A stretch of 64,000 bases of DNA from an uncultured Thermoplasmata archaeon (GCA_963768855.1 CAVYJM010000012.1:29451-93450), one strand, 5' to 3'; shown: positions 27,688 through 36,679, counted from the first letter of the stretch. The notes: generated by a model from the letters alone, not told the origin. A program made the numbers and translations.

Positions 27688-28998
27688 ATGGAAATCGAGA
27701 AGGTCAAGGAGAAGGTGATGGAGGGCCGGCCGGGCTTCACCCGGCAGTACGGGCCGTCCCGCTCGGACCACCAGCCGGGAATCCCCTTCTTCCCCCAGGA
27801 GATCACCCGCGACGTGGTCGTCTCCTTCCTGCTCATCGCGATCCTCTTCTTCCTGACGGCCGCCGTCGTGCCCGCCCTGGGGCCGCCGCGGGCGGAGAAC
27901 CTCTCCGAGCTCATCGTGCCGGACTGGTACCTCCTGTTCTCCTGGGGCCTCCTGAAGATCGGCGACATCTTCCCGAGCTTCATCCTCGGAGCGGGGACGC
28001 CCCTCGAGACCCAGTTCAACGCGGCGTTCTGGGGGGACATCCTCAGCGGCATCCCGGTCATCTTCCTCCTGGTCCTGCCGTTCCTGGATCGCGGCCGCGA
28101 GGCGCGTCCCGCGAAGGCACCGTTCCGGTCCGCCCTCGGGATCTCCTTCCTGCTCGTCTGGACGTTCTCCGCCTCCCTGTACGCAATCCGCGAGGTCATC
28201 GAGCAGCGGTGGCAGAGCCCGAACGGGGCGACCCTGTTCCCGGACGACGCCCTGAAATGGCTCTTCGTCCTGCCCGCCGTCCTGGCCTTCTTCGCGACCT
28301 ACATCGCGCTGCGGCGCCTCGGGTTCCAGCCGATGCGCAAGTGGCTTGTGCCTGCGACGGTCCTGCCTTTCCTGGTCGTGGCGGCGCAGTCCCTCCTCAT
28401 CCTGTTCGTGCCCGGCTGGCTCGGCCCGGAGGTCATGCCGTACTGGCTTCAGCTCGCGATCGGCCTGCTCATCCTGTGCGCCGCGACCGGGGCGACCGCC
28501 CTTGCGGTCCTCGTCCTCCCCGAATCGACCGCGCGGCGCGTCGTGCATTGGGTCGGCGGGCTGACCCTGCTGGCCTTCGTCGGCTATCTGGTCGGCCTCT
28601 ACTACACGAGCTACCTCGGATACATGTGGGTCGCCACGGTCCTCGACCCGAACTTCAACACGCTCATCCTGCTCCCCGGGTTCGCGGTCGTCACGGCGTG
28701 GTTCGGCCTGCGGCGGCCGTACAGCTCCTACGAGTACCTGCTCAATGAGTGCTACCAGTGCGGCAAGTGCCACACGGTCTGCCCCGTCACGAAGGTGGAG
28801 GACGACGCACTCGGCGGCCTGAACCTCGTCTACAACAGCTTCAAGAAGCAGCACGACGGCGTCCCACTCTGGACGTGCCTCGCGTGCGACGCGTGTAGCG
28901 CGGTGTGCCCGCTCGACATCAAGTACAGCGACTACATCCTCGAGGAACGTTCGAAGGTCCACGCCCGGGCGGCGGCGGACGGAGGTGAACCGAAATGA
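27688..28998 (+). CDS. fusion protein: cytochrome b C-terminal (subunit IV-like) region + additional TM helices + C-terminal 2x[4Fe-4S] ferredoxin domain
   Basis: From ATG 27688. PDWYLLFSWGLLK is the PDWY-type motif of cyt b C-terminal domains. More hydrophobic helices follow, then CYQCGKCHTVCPV ... CLACDACSAVCPLDIK. Confidence 0.7.
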   Translation: MEIEKVKEKVMEGRPGFTRQYGPSRSDHQPGIPFFPQEITRDVVVSFLLIAILFFLTAAVVPALGPPRAENLSELIVPDWYLLFSWGLLKIGDIFPSFILGAGTPLETQFNAAFWGDILSGIPVIFLLVLPFLDRGREARPAKAPFRSALGISFLLVWTFSASLYAIREVIEQRWQSPNGATLFPDDALKWLFVLPAVLAFFATYIALRRLGFQPMRKWLVPATVLPFLVVAAQSLLILFVPGWLGPEVMPYWLQLAIGLLILCAATGATALAVLVLPESTARRVVHWVGGLTLLAFVGYLVGLYYTSYLGYMWVATVLDPNFNTLILLPGFAVVTAWFGLRRPYSSYEYLLNECYQCGKCHTVCPVTKVEDDALGGLNLVYNSFKKQHDGVPLWTCLACDACSAVCPLDIKYSDYILEERSKVHARAAADGGEPK

Positions 28999-29969
28999 TG
29001 ACCACCGACGAGACGGAGTACGGGCCGGGGCGGACGATCCCCCACCCGATGCTCTTCCGCGTGCTGGACAGCGAGGCGGAGGACACGACGGTCCCGGAGA
29101 TCAAGGTCGAGCACAAGTCCGAGTTCGCGTACTACCCGGGCTGCGTCGACTACTACGACATGGAGATGCAGTTCTCCCACGCAAACTACGGGGACACGAA
29201 CCACGGGATCATCTTCGACTCCTCGATCAAGCTCCTGCGCGCGGTCGGGATCGAGCCGATGATCCTGGACCGGTCCTTCATGAAGTGCTGCGGCCACGAC
29301 CAGCTGTGGCAGGGCAAGGTCGACGTCTTCGAGCGGATGCGGGACTACAACACGAAGATCATCCAGATGCTCGGCGTGAAGACCTTCATCACCTCCTGCG
29401 CGGAGGGCTACCGGACGTTCAAGCTCGACTACAAGCTGCCCGGCGTCCGGGTGGTGCACATCACCCAGATCCTCTACGAGCGCGGCCTGCGCGTGCCGCC
29501 CCAGGGGGACAACGCCAAGAAGATCCGTGTGGCCTACCAGGACCCGTGCCGATCCTGCCGCCAGATGCCCGTGGACCCCGTCTACGAGGAGCCGCGGGAA
29601 CTCATCAAACGCGTCGACAACGCGGAGCTCGTCGAGCTCAAGACGTTCCGCGCGGACGCCCAGTGCTGCGGCGTCGCGCAGATGATGTACTGCAACGACA
29701 AGACGAAGGGCCTGACCCGCAAGCGGATGGACGAGGCCGACGAGGTCGGGGCGGACTACCTGCTGACGGCCTGTCCGAAATGCCTCACGCACTTCGGCTG
29801 CCTCCACCACGAGAACAAGTGGAAGCCCGGCGAGGAGCGCCAGAACTACCGGGTGATGGACATCACCCAGTTCCTCGCGGAGCGCCTCCCCGGCGACTAC
29901 CCGTCCGGCAGCAACGTCGACGCGAAGCGCAAGGAGCCGCCGCTTCCGGGCCGGAAGGGAGGCTGGTGA
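28995..29969 (+). CDS. CCG-domain (cysteine-rich) Fe-S protein, HdrB / HdrD C-terminal / GlcF C-terminal-like
   Basis: 324 aa. Two Cys-rich repeats with YPGC...CCGH and DPC..C...CCGV...CPKC. Its start overlaps the upstream stop (ATGA). Confidence 0.75.
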   Translation: MMTTDETEYGPGRTIPHPMLFRVLDSEAEDTTVPEIKVEHKSEFAYYPGCVDYYDMEMQFSHANYGDTNHGIIFDSSIKLLRAVGIEPMILDRSFMKCCGHDQLWQGKVDVFERMRDYNTKIIQMLGVKTFITSCAEGYRTFKLDYKLPGVRVVHITQILYERGLRVPPQGDNAKKIRVAYQDPCRSCRQMPVDPVYEEPRELIKRVDNAELVELKTFRADAQCCGVAQMMYCNDKTKGLTRKRMDEADEVGADYLLTACPKCLTHFGCLHHENKWKPGEERQNYRVMDITQFLAERLPGDYPSGSNVDAKRKEPPLPGRKGGW

Positions 29970-30580
29970 TGGCCGCTCCGGCCGCAACCGCCAACCCACC
30001 CCCCGCGACGCCTCCGCAGCCGGCGCCTCCGTCCAAGCCGGCGACACCCGCCCCCGCGGCGCCCCCGGCTCCTTCCGATCCGCTCGTGGCCTACTACCGT
30101 TCCGTGCGGCAGATGAACTGGGATCTCGCCAAGCAGCGTTTCAAGGACCTCGGCGTCAAGGCGCGGACCCAGGAGTACATCCGCGGCCGCGGCACGACCG
30201 CGATCGTGGACGACGAGGTCTGCATGGGCTGCATGCACTGCTTCGACAACTGCGCCTTCGAGGCGATCAGCGCGCTCGACCGGAAGTTCTCCCTGCCCGA
30301 CTACACGTACACGTCGCGCAAGGCGACGATCATCGTGGAGAACTGCGTCGGGTGCGAGAAATGCGCGATCGTCTGCCCCGTCGACGCGATCAACATGATC
30401 ACGAAGTTCGGCTTCGAGAGCCGCGAGGGCAAGGTCGTCGAGATCGAGAAGCCCGCTCCGCCGAAGCCCCTCGCGCCCCCCGCGCCGCCCGCCGCGCCCC
30501 CGGCGAAGCCCGCGGGCCCCCCGCAGGCCCCGCCCAAGCCCGCCCCGCCGCCGACCCCCGCCCCGAAGGGAGGCGCCTAG
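29969..30580 (+). CDS. 2x[4Fe-4S] ferredoxin-domain protein with Pro/Ala-rich N- and C-terminal tails
   Basis: The ATG at 29969 overlaps the upstream TGA by one base. CMGCMHCFDNC and CVGCEKCAIVCPVDAI. Tails consist of PPPATPPQPAPP and PAPPKPLAPPAPPAAPP. Confidence 0.7.
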   Translation: MAAPAATANPPPATPPQPAPPSKPATPAPAAPPAPSDPLVAYYRSVRQMNWDLAKQRFKDLGVKARTQEYIRGRGTTAIVDDEVCMGCMHCFDNCAFEAISALDRKFSLPDYTYTSRKATIIVENCVGCEKCAIVCPVDAINMITKFGFESREGKVVEIEKPAPPKPLAPPAPPAAPPAKPAGPPQAPPKPAPPPTPAPKGGA

Positions 30581-30916
30581 GTGGCCTCCGCGGCCGAGGG
30601 ATCCGGGACGAGCCCGGTCGTCAAGGCCCGGAAGGCGCCCCGCCTCACGTACAAGCAGGAGATCCAGACGATCCAGAACATGCCGCGGGTCCAGCGCTTC
30701 ATCGTCGTCATGAAGATCGCGGGCGTCTTCCTCGTCGCGATCGGCATTGAGGGGATCGTGACGGCCACGTGGTGGATGGCGGTCCTCTTCATCCCGCTCG
30801 GGGTGGTCGTGTCCATGATGCCCATCAAGATCCGCACGGACCGCTGCATCGCCTGCCGGACGCCTCTGGCGCCGGGGGCGTCGATTTGTCCCGCTTGCGG
30901 AGCTCCTCAGATGTAG
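30581..30916 (+). CDS. small membrane protein with C-terminal zinc-ribbon
   Basis: GTG start directly after the upstream stop. Two TM helices, then CIACRTPLAPGASICPACG. Confidence 0.5.
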   Translation: MASAAEGSGTSPVVKARKAPRLTYKQEIQTIQNMPRVQRFIVVMKIAGVFLVAIGIEGIVTATWWMAVLFIPLGVVVSMMPIKIRTDRCIACRTPLAPGASICPACGAPQM

Positions 30917-31028
30917 GCGGGGTTCCGCAAACCTTGAAGTACCCGACGGCGATGACCGTCCGCTTCCCGGCGGATATCGCCATCGCCACGACTCGGCCCT
31001 ACGCCCGTCGGGAGGAGGGCCGGCCCCC

Positions 31029-31541
31029 TTGACCACTGATACGTCGGACGCCATTCATCTCGCCGAACGGTGGAAGGGACTCGACCTCCGGTTGCTGCCG
31101 ATCGACGAGGTGGACGTCCGGATCCTCAGCCGCCTCCGCGAGAACGCACGCCTCTCGAATGTGGAAATCGCCCGCGAGCTGGCGATTTCCGAAGCCACGA
31201 TTCGCCGGCGGATCAAGGCCCTCGAGGAGAAGGGGATCATCCAGGGCTACTCCTGCTACCTGAACTACCAGCTCATCGAGAATCCGGTCAAGGCGTACGT
31301 GAACCTGGCCCTGGAGCCTGGGCAGCGCGAGAGCGTCGTCGCGAAGGTGACCGCCCACCCGCGTGCGGTCGCGGTCTACCGCGTCACGGGGGAGCACGAC
31401 GTGCTGTGCGTCATGTTCTTCATCGACATGTCCGAGCTCCACGAGTTCCTGGACCGGTACCTGCAGATGCCGGGCATCCGCCACGTGGAGACCCAGATCG
31501 TCCTGAGCCCGTACAAGGGCGTCCCCTGGACCGGCGTTTGA
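31029..31541 (+). CDS. Lrp/AsnC-family transcriptional regulator
   Basis: The HTH region DVRILSRLRENARLSNVEIARELAISEATIRRRIKALEEKGII plus a C-terminal RAM/ACT-like domain. The start is uncertain (TTG 31029 or TTG 31092). Confidence 0.8.
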   Translation: MTTDTSDAIHLAERWKGLDLRLLPIDEVDVRILSRLRENARLSNVEIARELAISEATIRRRIKALEEKGIIQGYSCYLNYQLIENPVKAYVNLALEPGQRESVVAKVTAHPRAVAVYRVTGEHDVLCVMFFIDMSELHEFLDRYLQMPGIRHVETQIVLSPYKGVPWTGV

Positions 31542-31544
31542 ACC

Positions 31545-32975
31545 TCACGGCCGGACGAGCGGTTCGAGGACGTGCGCGGAGTCGAACCGCAGCTTGATCT
31601 CCCGCAGGAACCGCATCCGTTCGAGGTAGGCGGGATCCTCATTCCAGAGGTGCGCCAGGCGAGAGACGAGGACCGCTCCGGGGATCTTCTCGACGACCCG
31701 CACCACGCCCTTCGAGAGGTCGTACATGTGCGACCGGTCCTTGGGATGGTCGAAGAAGGGGAACGCGGAGAAGGTGCCGGACGCACGGAGGGTGCCGTAG
31801 AATCCGACCTTCGAGGCGACCTGCTGGCCGAGCGCCTTCAGGCGCGTCGCGAGGTCTCCCGCCGAGGCGGTCGGGAGTCGGACCTCCCCGACGAACAGGC
31901 TCCGCTCCGCGCGCTTCGCTGCCTTGTCGTACTCCGTCGCGGGGACGTCGAACGGGTTCGGGACCTCCGCGGACTTGACCTTGAAGCCGGCCAGCGCCGC
32001 GTCGAGCGCCTTCTCCCGGCCGGGGAGGCCCGAGGCGGTGCCCGCCAGGGCCACTTGGACCGTGAACGGGTCCGGGACGATTCCGGGCCGCAGAACGCCC
32101 GCCGCCACGGCGTCCGTGACGTGGACCCACGGGACGCGCTGTCCCGTCCGGGAGAGCTTGTCGAGTGCCGCGGAGAGCTTCGCCGGGTCATCGAAGGTGT
32201 AGGTGAGCGTCTTGCGGGCGGGAGGCTTCGGCGCCAGCCGCAGGGCCACCTCCACGGGCACGTAGAACTCCGCGGCGAGCGGGAGGGTCGCGTGGAGGAC
32301 GTCGTATCCGGTCCCGTTGTTCGAGGCTGCCTCGAACCCGACCCGCGTCCGGTGGCCGTAGGCGGAGATCGTCCGCAGGGCGTTCACGTAGGCGCCGAAC
32401 TCCCCGTCGAAGGCGGCGAGGGGCGCGTCCCCCCAGACCGCGTCGCCGATTGCGAAGCCGAGCGGGACGGTCGGCACCACCGGAAGGAGGTGCCCCTTCG
32501 CGAGGGCTTCGTCGTACAGGCGCTTCCAAGGGAGGCCGACCTGCGCGATCGCCGCGTGTCCCTTCTCGGTGAGCTCGAGCCCGGTGTACGCAGAGAAGTC
32601 GACCTGCACGCCGCGTTGCTCGGGGACGAGCCAGTCGAACGTCAGGAGGGTGTGCGGCTTCACCGTGAGTCCGATCTCGCGGTCCTTCCCGACGCCGAGC
32701 TGCGTGCGGAAGTAGTTGTAGTCCGCGGCGTCGAGCCCGAGGTTCAGCGTGCTCTCGGAGCCGTTCAGGACCTGGATCAGCTTCCGCAGGTCCGCGTCGT
32801 CCTTGACCTTGACCGTAACCGCGGGCGTGCGCGTCAGGTCGGCGATGATCTCCCGCGGCAGGACCCGGTCGTTCCGAACGAACAGGGCGTGGATGAGCGC
32901 CTCGCGGATCATCTCCGAAAGGGCGGGGATCTCCGTGGCGGCCTCGATGTAGTTCCAGTCGCGCAGGAGTCCCAT
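31545..32975 (-). CDS. FAD-linked-oxidase-like protein (GlcE-like partner subunit, degenerate FAD motif)
   Basis: 476 aa, immediately downstream of and co-oriented with the FAD oxidase gene. The overall PCMH-type layout appears to lack the GGGT-type motif. The assignment is weak. Confidence 0.5.
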   Translation of the reverse strand: MGLLRDWNYIEAATEIPALSEMIREALIHALFVRNDRVLPREIIADLTRTPAVTVKVKDDADLRKLIQVLNGSESTLNLGLDAADYNYFRTQLGVGKDREIGLTVKPHTLLTFDWLVPEQRGVQVDFSAYTGLELTEKGHAAIAQVGLPWKRLYDEALAKGHLLPVVPTVPLGFAIGDAVWGDAPLAAFDGEFGAYVNALRTISAYGHRTRVGFEAASNNGTGYDVLHATLPLAAEFYVPVEVALRLAPKPPARKTLTYTFDDPAKLSAALDKLSRTGQRVPWVHVTDAVAAGVLRPGIVPDPFTVQVALAGTASGLPGREKALDAALAGFKVKSAEVPNPFDVPATEYDKAAKRAERSLFVGEVRLPTASAGDLATRLKALGQQVASKVGFYGTLRASGTFSAFPFFDHPKDRSHMYDLSKGVVRVVEKIPGAVLVSRLAHLWNEDPAYLERMRFLREIKLRFDSAHVLEPLVRP

Positions 32976-32976
32976 C

Positions 32977-34467
32977 CTAATCCGCCTCCTTGCCCCGCTC
33001 GTACGATCGCACGAACTTGTCCTGGGTCGGCTTGATCCTCCGCAAGAACGCGGCGAGGTCGAGACCGATTCGCATCGCCGGCGGCGGGATGGCCCGGATC
33101 CCCGGGAACTGGTACTTCGTCCACACCTCGATCGTCTTCCCCGGGTTCACCTTCCGCTTCGGGTCGAAGACATCCTTGACGTACGCGGTGTAAAGGGCCG
33201 CGCGGCCGTGCATCGTCCGGAGGTTGAAGACCATGAAGAGGCCGAGCCCCATCGGGTGGCCGCCGAGCTCGAAGGCGGCGTCCCCCATCTTCTTCACGTA
33301 TCCGAGGGCCGTGCCGCCGCTGGGCACCGTGTCGTCCATCAGGACGTAGGGCGCGAGGATCACGGAGGTCGCGTCGATGGGGTGCGCCTGGACCGCGCCG
33401 TTGAGCTTCATCTTGCGGATCAGCTCCCGCGCTGTGTCGCAGGCCTCCGGGAGCTTCGCGAGCGGGACCACGTTGTTCGCGACGATCAGGCCGCGGCTCA
33501 TCCGCCGCGCGCTGTACATCCGGAACCGGTGCTCCCAGAGCGCGTCGGGCTCCGCCTGGGGGCGCTTCGTCCCCTGGTTCTTCGGCGCGAGAGCGTCGAG
33601 GGTCTTCTCCTGGTCCGCGACGTCGTCCTTCGGCCCGGCGAGGCACACGAGGACCAGGTCGGCCGGCTCGGGCGTGTCCGTGCGCAGCGCCCTCTCGAAC
33701 ACGAAGTGATCCTTGTCGAGCAGGGAGATGTGGTACGCCTGGATCCCTGAGTCGACGACCGCCTGGAGGAAGGTCGCGGCCGCCTTCAGGGTCGGGAAGG
33801 CGTACGCGACGGGTTTCATCAGATCGGGTTTCGGGTCCAGCCGGAGGGTCGCGGCGGTCAGGACGCCGAGCGTCCCCTCCGCCCCGAAGAAGAGCGGCGT
33901 CAGGTCCGCGAACTGGCCCCCCGCGTCGCGCGCGAGCGCGGTGCGGAGGACCCGGTTGTCCGGCAGGACGACCTCGAGGTCGCGGACGACCTGGCGGAGC
34001 GCTCCGTTGCGGAAGGCGCCGAAGCCGACCACGTCGCTGTTGATCGCGCCTCCCACCGTGCTCGCCATCGCGTTCGTCGGCATGGAGGGGAGGGTGAGTC
34101 CGCGCGCCTCGACGTACTCGGCGACGTCCTGCCAGGTCGCACCCGCCTCGACGGTCACCGTGCGCGCCTGCGGGTCGAAGGCGCGGATCTTGTTCATCTT
34201 GCGGAGGTCGATCAGGACGCCGCCCCGGTTCGGGACCGATCCGCCGTACCAGCCCGTCCCGCCGCCCCGCGGGACGATCGGGAGGCCCGACTCGTCGCTG
34301 AGCTTCACGATCGCCGCGACCTCTTCCGTGGTCTGCGGCAGGACGACGAAGTCCGGGTAGAGGCGCCACTGCAGGAGCGCAATCTTGGGGAGGGAGGCGA
34401 AGTCGTGGCTGTAGACCATCCGGTCAAACTCGGTCCGGGAGACGCGCTCGGGACCGAGGGTGTTCAC
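32977..34467 (-). CDS. FAD-binding oxidoreductase (GlcD / D-lactate dehydrogenase / FAD-linked oxidase family)
   Basis: 496 aa. LPIVPRGGGTGWYGGSVP is the FAD-binding PCMH motif. The C-terminal FAD-oxidase domain is present. Confidence 0.8.
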   Translation of the reverse strand: MNTLGPERVSRTEFDRMVYSHDFASLPKIALLQWRLYPDFVVLPQTTEEVAAIVKLSDESGLPIVPRGGGTGWYGGSVPNRGGVLIDLRKMNKIRAFDPQARTVTVEAGATWQDVAEYVEARGLTLPSMPTNAMASTVGGAINSDVVGFGAFRNGALRQVVRDLEVVLPDNRVLRTALARDAGGQFADLTPLFFGAEGTLGVLTAATLRLDPKPDLMKPVAYAFPTLKAAATFLQAVVDSGIQAYHISLLDKDHFVFERALRTDTPEPADLVLVCLAGPKDDVADQEKTLDALAPKNQGTKRPQAEPDALWEHRFRMYSARRMSRGLIVANNVVPLAKLPEACDTARELIRKMKLNGAVQAHPIDATSVILAPYVLMDDTVPSGGTALGYVKKMGDAAFELGGHPMGLGLFMVFNLRTMHGRAALYTAYVKDVFDPKRKVNPGKTIEVWTKYQFPGIRAIPPPAMRIGLDLAAFLRRIKPTQDKFVRSYERGKEAD

Positions 34468-34590
34468 GAGGCGGCGGTATGCGTAATCGGTGTTCGCCAG
34501 ACTCCCATCTCCAAGCCGCGGGCGTCCGTAACCCCATGGCCCTGATAAAGGTAACGCGGAAGGACCGCGCGGTACTGGAGAGCCGGGCGT

Positions 34591-35031
34591 TCAGACGTTG
34601 AGCGCCTTGATCACGAGCTCGCGGAGCCGCTTCGCATCCACCGAGGCATCGTACACGCCGAGGCTCTGCGCGGCGGAGATGACCTGGTTGTCCGGTGCCC
34701 CATCAACCGCACGCGCGATGTCGAGCTTGACCTGGAGGTCCGACTTCCCCACCGTCGAGATCCCGAGGGAGCTCGCGGCGCGGTCCACCTTGACCCGCGG
34801 TTCCTCCTGCGTGAACTGCTGGTTGATCTCCCGTTCGATTTCCATCCGACCGCGGCGGAACTCCCCCATCGCCCGGCCGAACCCGCGGGCGAGCTCGGGC
34901 AGTTTCGACGGACCGAACAGGAAGAGCGCCGCGACGATGACGAGAAGGATGATCCACTCGATGCCCTCGATCTGCGCGGTGAGGTCGATGAAGGAGAACG
35001 CGGACACGCCCTGTACCTCGACGCTGACCAA
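34591..35031 (-). CDS. tatA: twin-arginine translocase subunit TatA/E
   Basis: IILLVIVAALFLFGPSKLPELARGFGRAMGEFRRG is the TatA TM and amphipathic helix signature. The start is uncertain (TTG 35031 or GTG 35007). Confidence 0.8.
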   Translation of the reverse strand: MVSVEVQGVSAFSFIDLTAQIEGIEWIILLVIVAALFLFGPSKLPELARGFGRAMGEFRRGRMEIEREINQQFTQEEPRVKVDRAASSLGISTVGKSDLQVKLDIARAVDGAPDNQVISAAQSLGVYDASVDAKRLRELVIKALNV

Positions 35032-35043
35032 CCGGTTCGAGGA

Positions 35044-35862
35044 TTAAGAGCTTTTCGGACGTGTCGACCGCCGTTTCTGCGCCCGCCACGAGAACGCGTA
35101 GCCCACCACGTACAGGAAAAGCATCGGCAGGGCGACGAAGAGCATCGTGACGCCGCTGCCGTCCGGGGTGATCAGGGCGCCGAAGACGAAGATGCCCGCG
35201 GTGGCGATGCGCCAGTGGCGCTTCCAGAAGTCCGCGGACACGATCCCCAGCGCGGACAGCCCGTACATCAGGACGGGGAGCTGGAACGCCAGGCCGAAGG
35301 CCAGGCTGAAGAGGAGGACGAAGTCGATGAAGTTGTCCCCGTACAGGACGAGGAAATTGGCCCCCATGATGTTCTGCACGGAGAAGAGGAGGTTGAACGT
35401 GAAGGGCAGCACGATGACGAAGCACATCATCACCCCCGCCAGGAACAGGACCACGACGGGCAGGGTGGCCCGCACGAGGAGCCGCTTCTCCGAGGGCCTC
35501 AGCGCGGGGGCGACGAACTGCCCCAGCTCGTACACGATGACCGGCGATCCGATGACGACGGCCAGGAAGAAGGCGACCTTGAACATGACGACGTAAGCGT
35601 CCCAGGGTTGCTGGAAACTGAAGTTCAGCGGGAGCCCGCCGACCCGGTCCGGGACGAGGTAGGTCTTCATCGCCAGGAAGAACCACGTGGCGACGTTCGG
35701 GCTCGTCGGGCCGAGGGCCGGCACGAGCATCGGGATCTGGGTTCCGCCGAGCGACACACTCCCGATGCCCGTCGTGAGGAAGAGGGCAAACAGGATGAGC
35801 ACGGCGATGATGATGACCTTGAGTCGTCGGCGGAGCTCTTCGATGTGGTCCCAGAAGCTCAT
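35044..35862 (-). CDS. tatC: twin-arginine translocase subunit TatC
   Basis: From ATG 35862. MSFWDHIEELRRRL is the canonical TatC N-terminus, followed by six TM helices. Confidence 0.85.
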   Translation of the reverse strand: MSFWDHIEELRRRLKVIIIAVLILFALFLTTGIGSVSLGGTQIPMLVPALGPTSPNVATWFFLAMKTYLVPDRVGGLPLNFSFQQPWDAYVVMFKVAFFLAVVIGSPVIVYELGQFVAPALRPSEKRLLVRATLPVVVLFLAGVMMCFVIVLPFTFNLLFSVQNIMGANFLVLYGDNFIDFVLLFSLAFGLAFQLPVLMYGLSALGIVSADFWKRHWRIATAGIFVFGALITPDGSGVTMLFVALPMLFLYVVGYAFSWRAQKRRSTRPKSS

Positions 35863-35965
35863 CTGCCCCTGGTCCTCGAGGTCCTTCTTCGCCGGGCTCG
35901 CGCTCACGTCCTTCGGCGCGCTCAAGGGGTCGGAGCTTATAGCCGTTTGCGGTGGACGGAGCCCA

Positions 35966-36532
35966 TCAGAAGGAGTACCGGTCCTCGGTCCAGGGGTCCG
36001 CCGTGTTGCTGTAGCCGCGGACCTCCCAGTAGCCCAGCTGGTCCTCTTTGGTGAATGTGATTTGCCGCACCCACTTCGCACTCTTCCAGGCATATCGCTT
36101 AGGCACGAGGAGCCGCACCGGGCCGCCGTGCTCGATGGGGAGCGGGTTCCCGTCCCAGCGGTACGTCATGAGGACGTCGGAATCGTAGAGCACACTCAGC
36201 GGATGTGACGTCGTATAGCCGTCCCCGCAGGTGAAGATCGCGTACTTCGCGGCGGGACGGACGCGGGCCCGCGATGCAAGCTCCCGGACTGTGACGCCAT
36301 CCCACGTGTTGTCGAAGGTCGTCCAGCCTGTGACACAGTGGAAGTCCGAGGTCACAGCCGCACTCGGCAGGGCGAGGAACTCCTCGTAGGTCAGGCGCAG
36401 CGGTGCATCGACCTCACCGTCCACTCGGAAGTCCCAGGTCTTCGGGTCGAACCGCGGGACGACGCCGAGGTCGAGGCGCGGCCACTTCCGGACCGTGTGC
36501 TGCCCCGGCGGGAGCCGCCTCGGATCGGCCAT
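35966..36532 (-). CDS. molybdopterin-binding oxidoreductase domain protein (sulfite-oxidase/YedY-like, short archaeal form)
   Basis: From [20 protein letters not shown] (Moco Cys motif), [16 protein letters not shown]. Confidence 0.75.
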   Translation of the reverse strand: MADPRRLPPGQHTVRKWPRLDLGVVPRFDPKTWDFRVDGEVDAPLRLTYEEFLALPSAAVTSDFHCVTGWTTFDNTWDGVTVRELASRARVRPAAKYAIFTCGDGYTTSHPLSVLYDSDVLMTYRWDGNPLPIEHGGPVRLLVPKRYAWKSAKWVRQITFTKEDQLGYWEVRGYSNTADPWTEDRYSF

Positions 36533-36648
36533 CTGGGAAATCCAATGGAACCCCCGAATATAAATGGTTGCAGACTCCCGTCCGGGGTGGTGCACAAGGC
36601 CTGTTTCTAGGGAGAAACGGGGCCGCTCCTTACCGTGCGCGCCAAAGG

Positions 36649-36655
36649 TTTAATA
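36649..36655 (+). promoter_or_regulatory. TATA box (TTTAATA) of the nuo operon, leaderless geometry
   Basis: An A/T heptamer 25-31 nt upstream of the nuoA ATG at 36680. Confidence 0.5.
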
Positions 36656-36679
36656 GGCTAACCTTTTTTCCTGCGCCGG

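Noticed and set aside
28932-30047. 371-aa minus-strand ORF opposite the CCG-domain gene
   Set aside because: It is a shadow ORF (Ala/Arg/Val/Leu-rich with no motifs) opposite a gene with clear CCG repeats.
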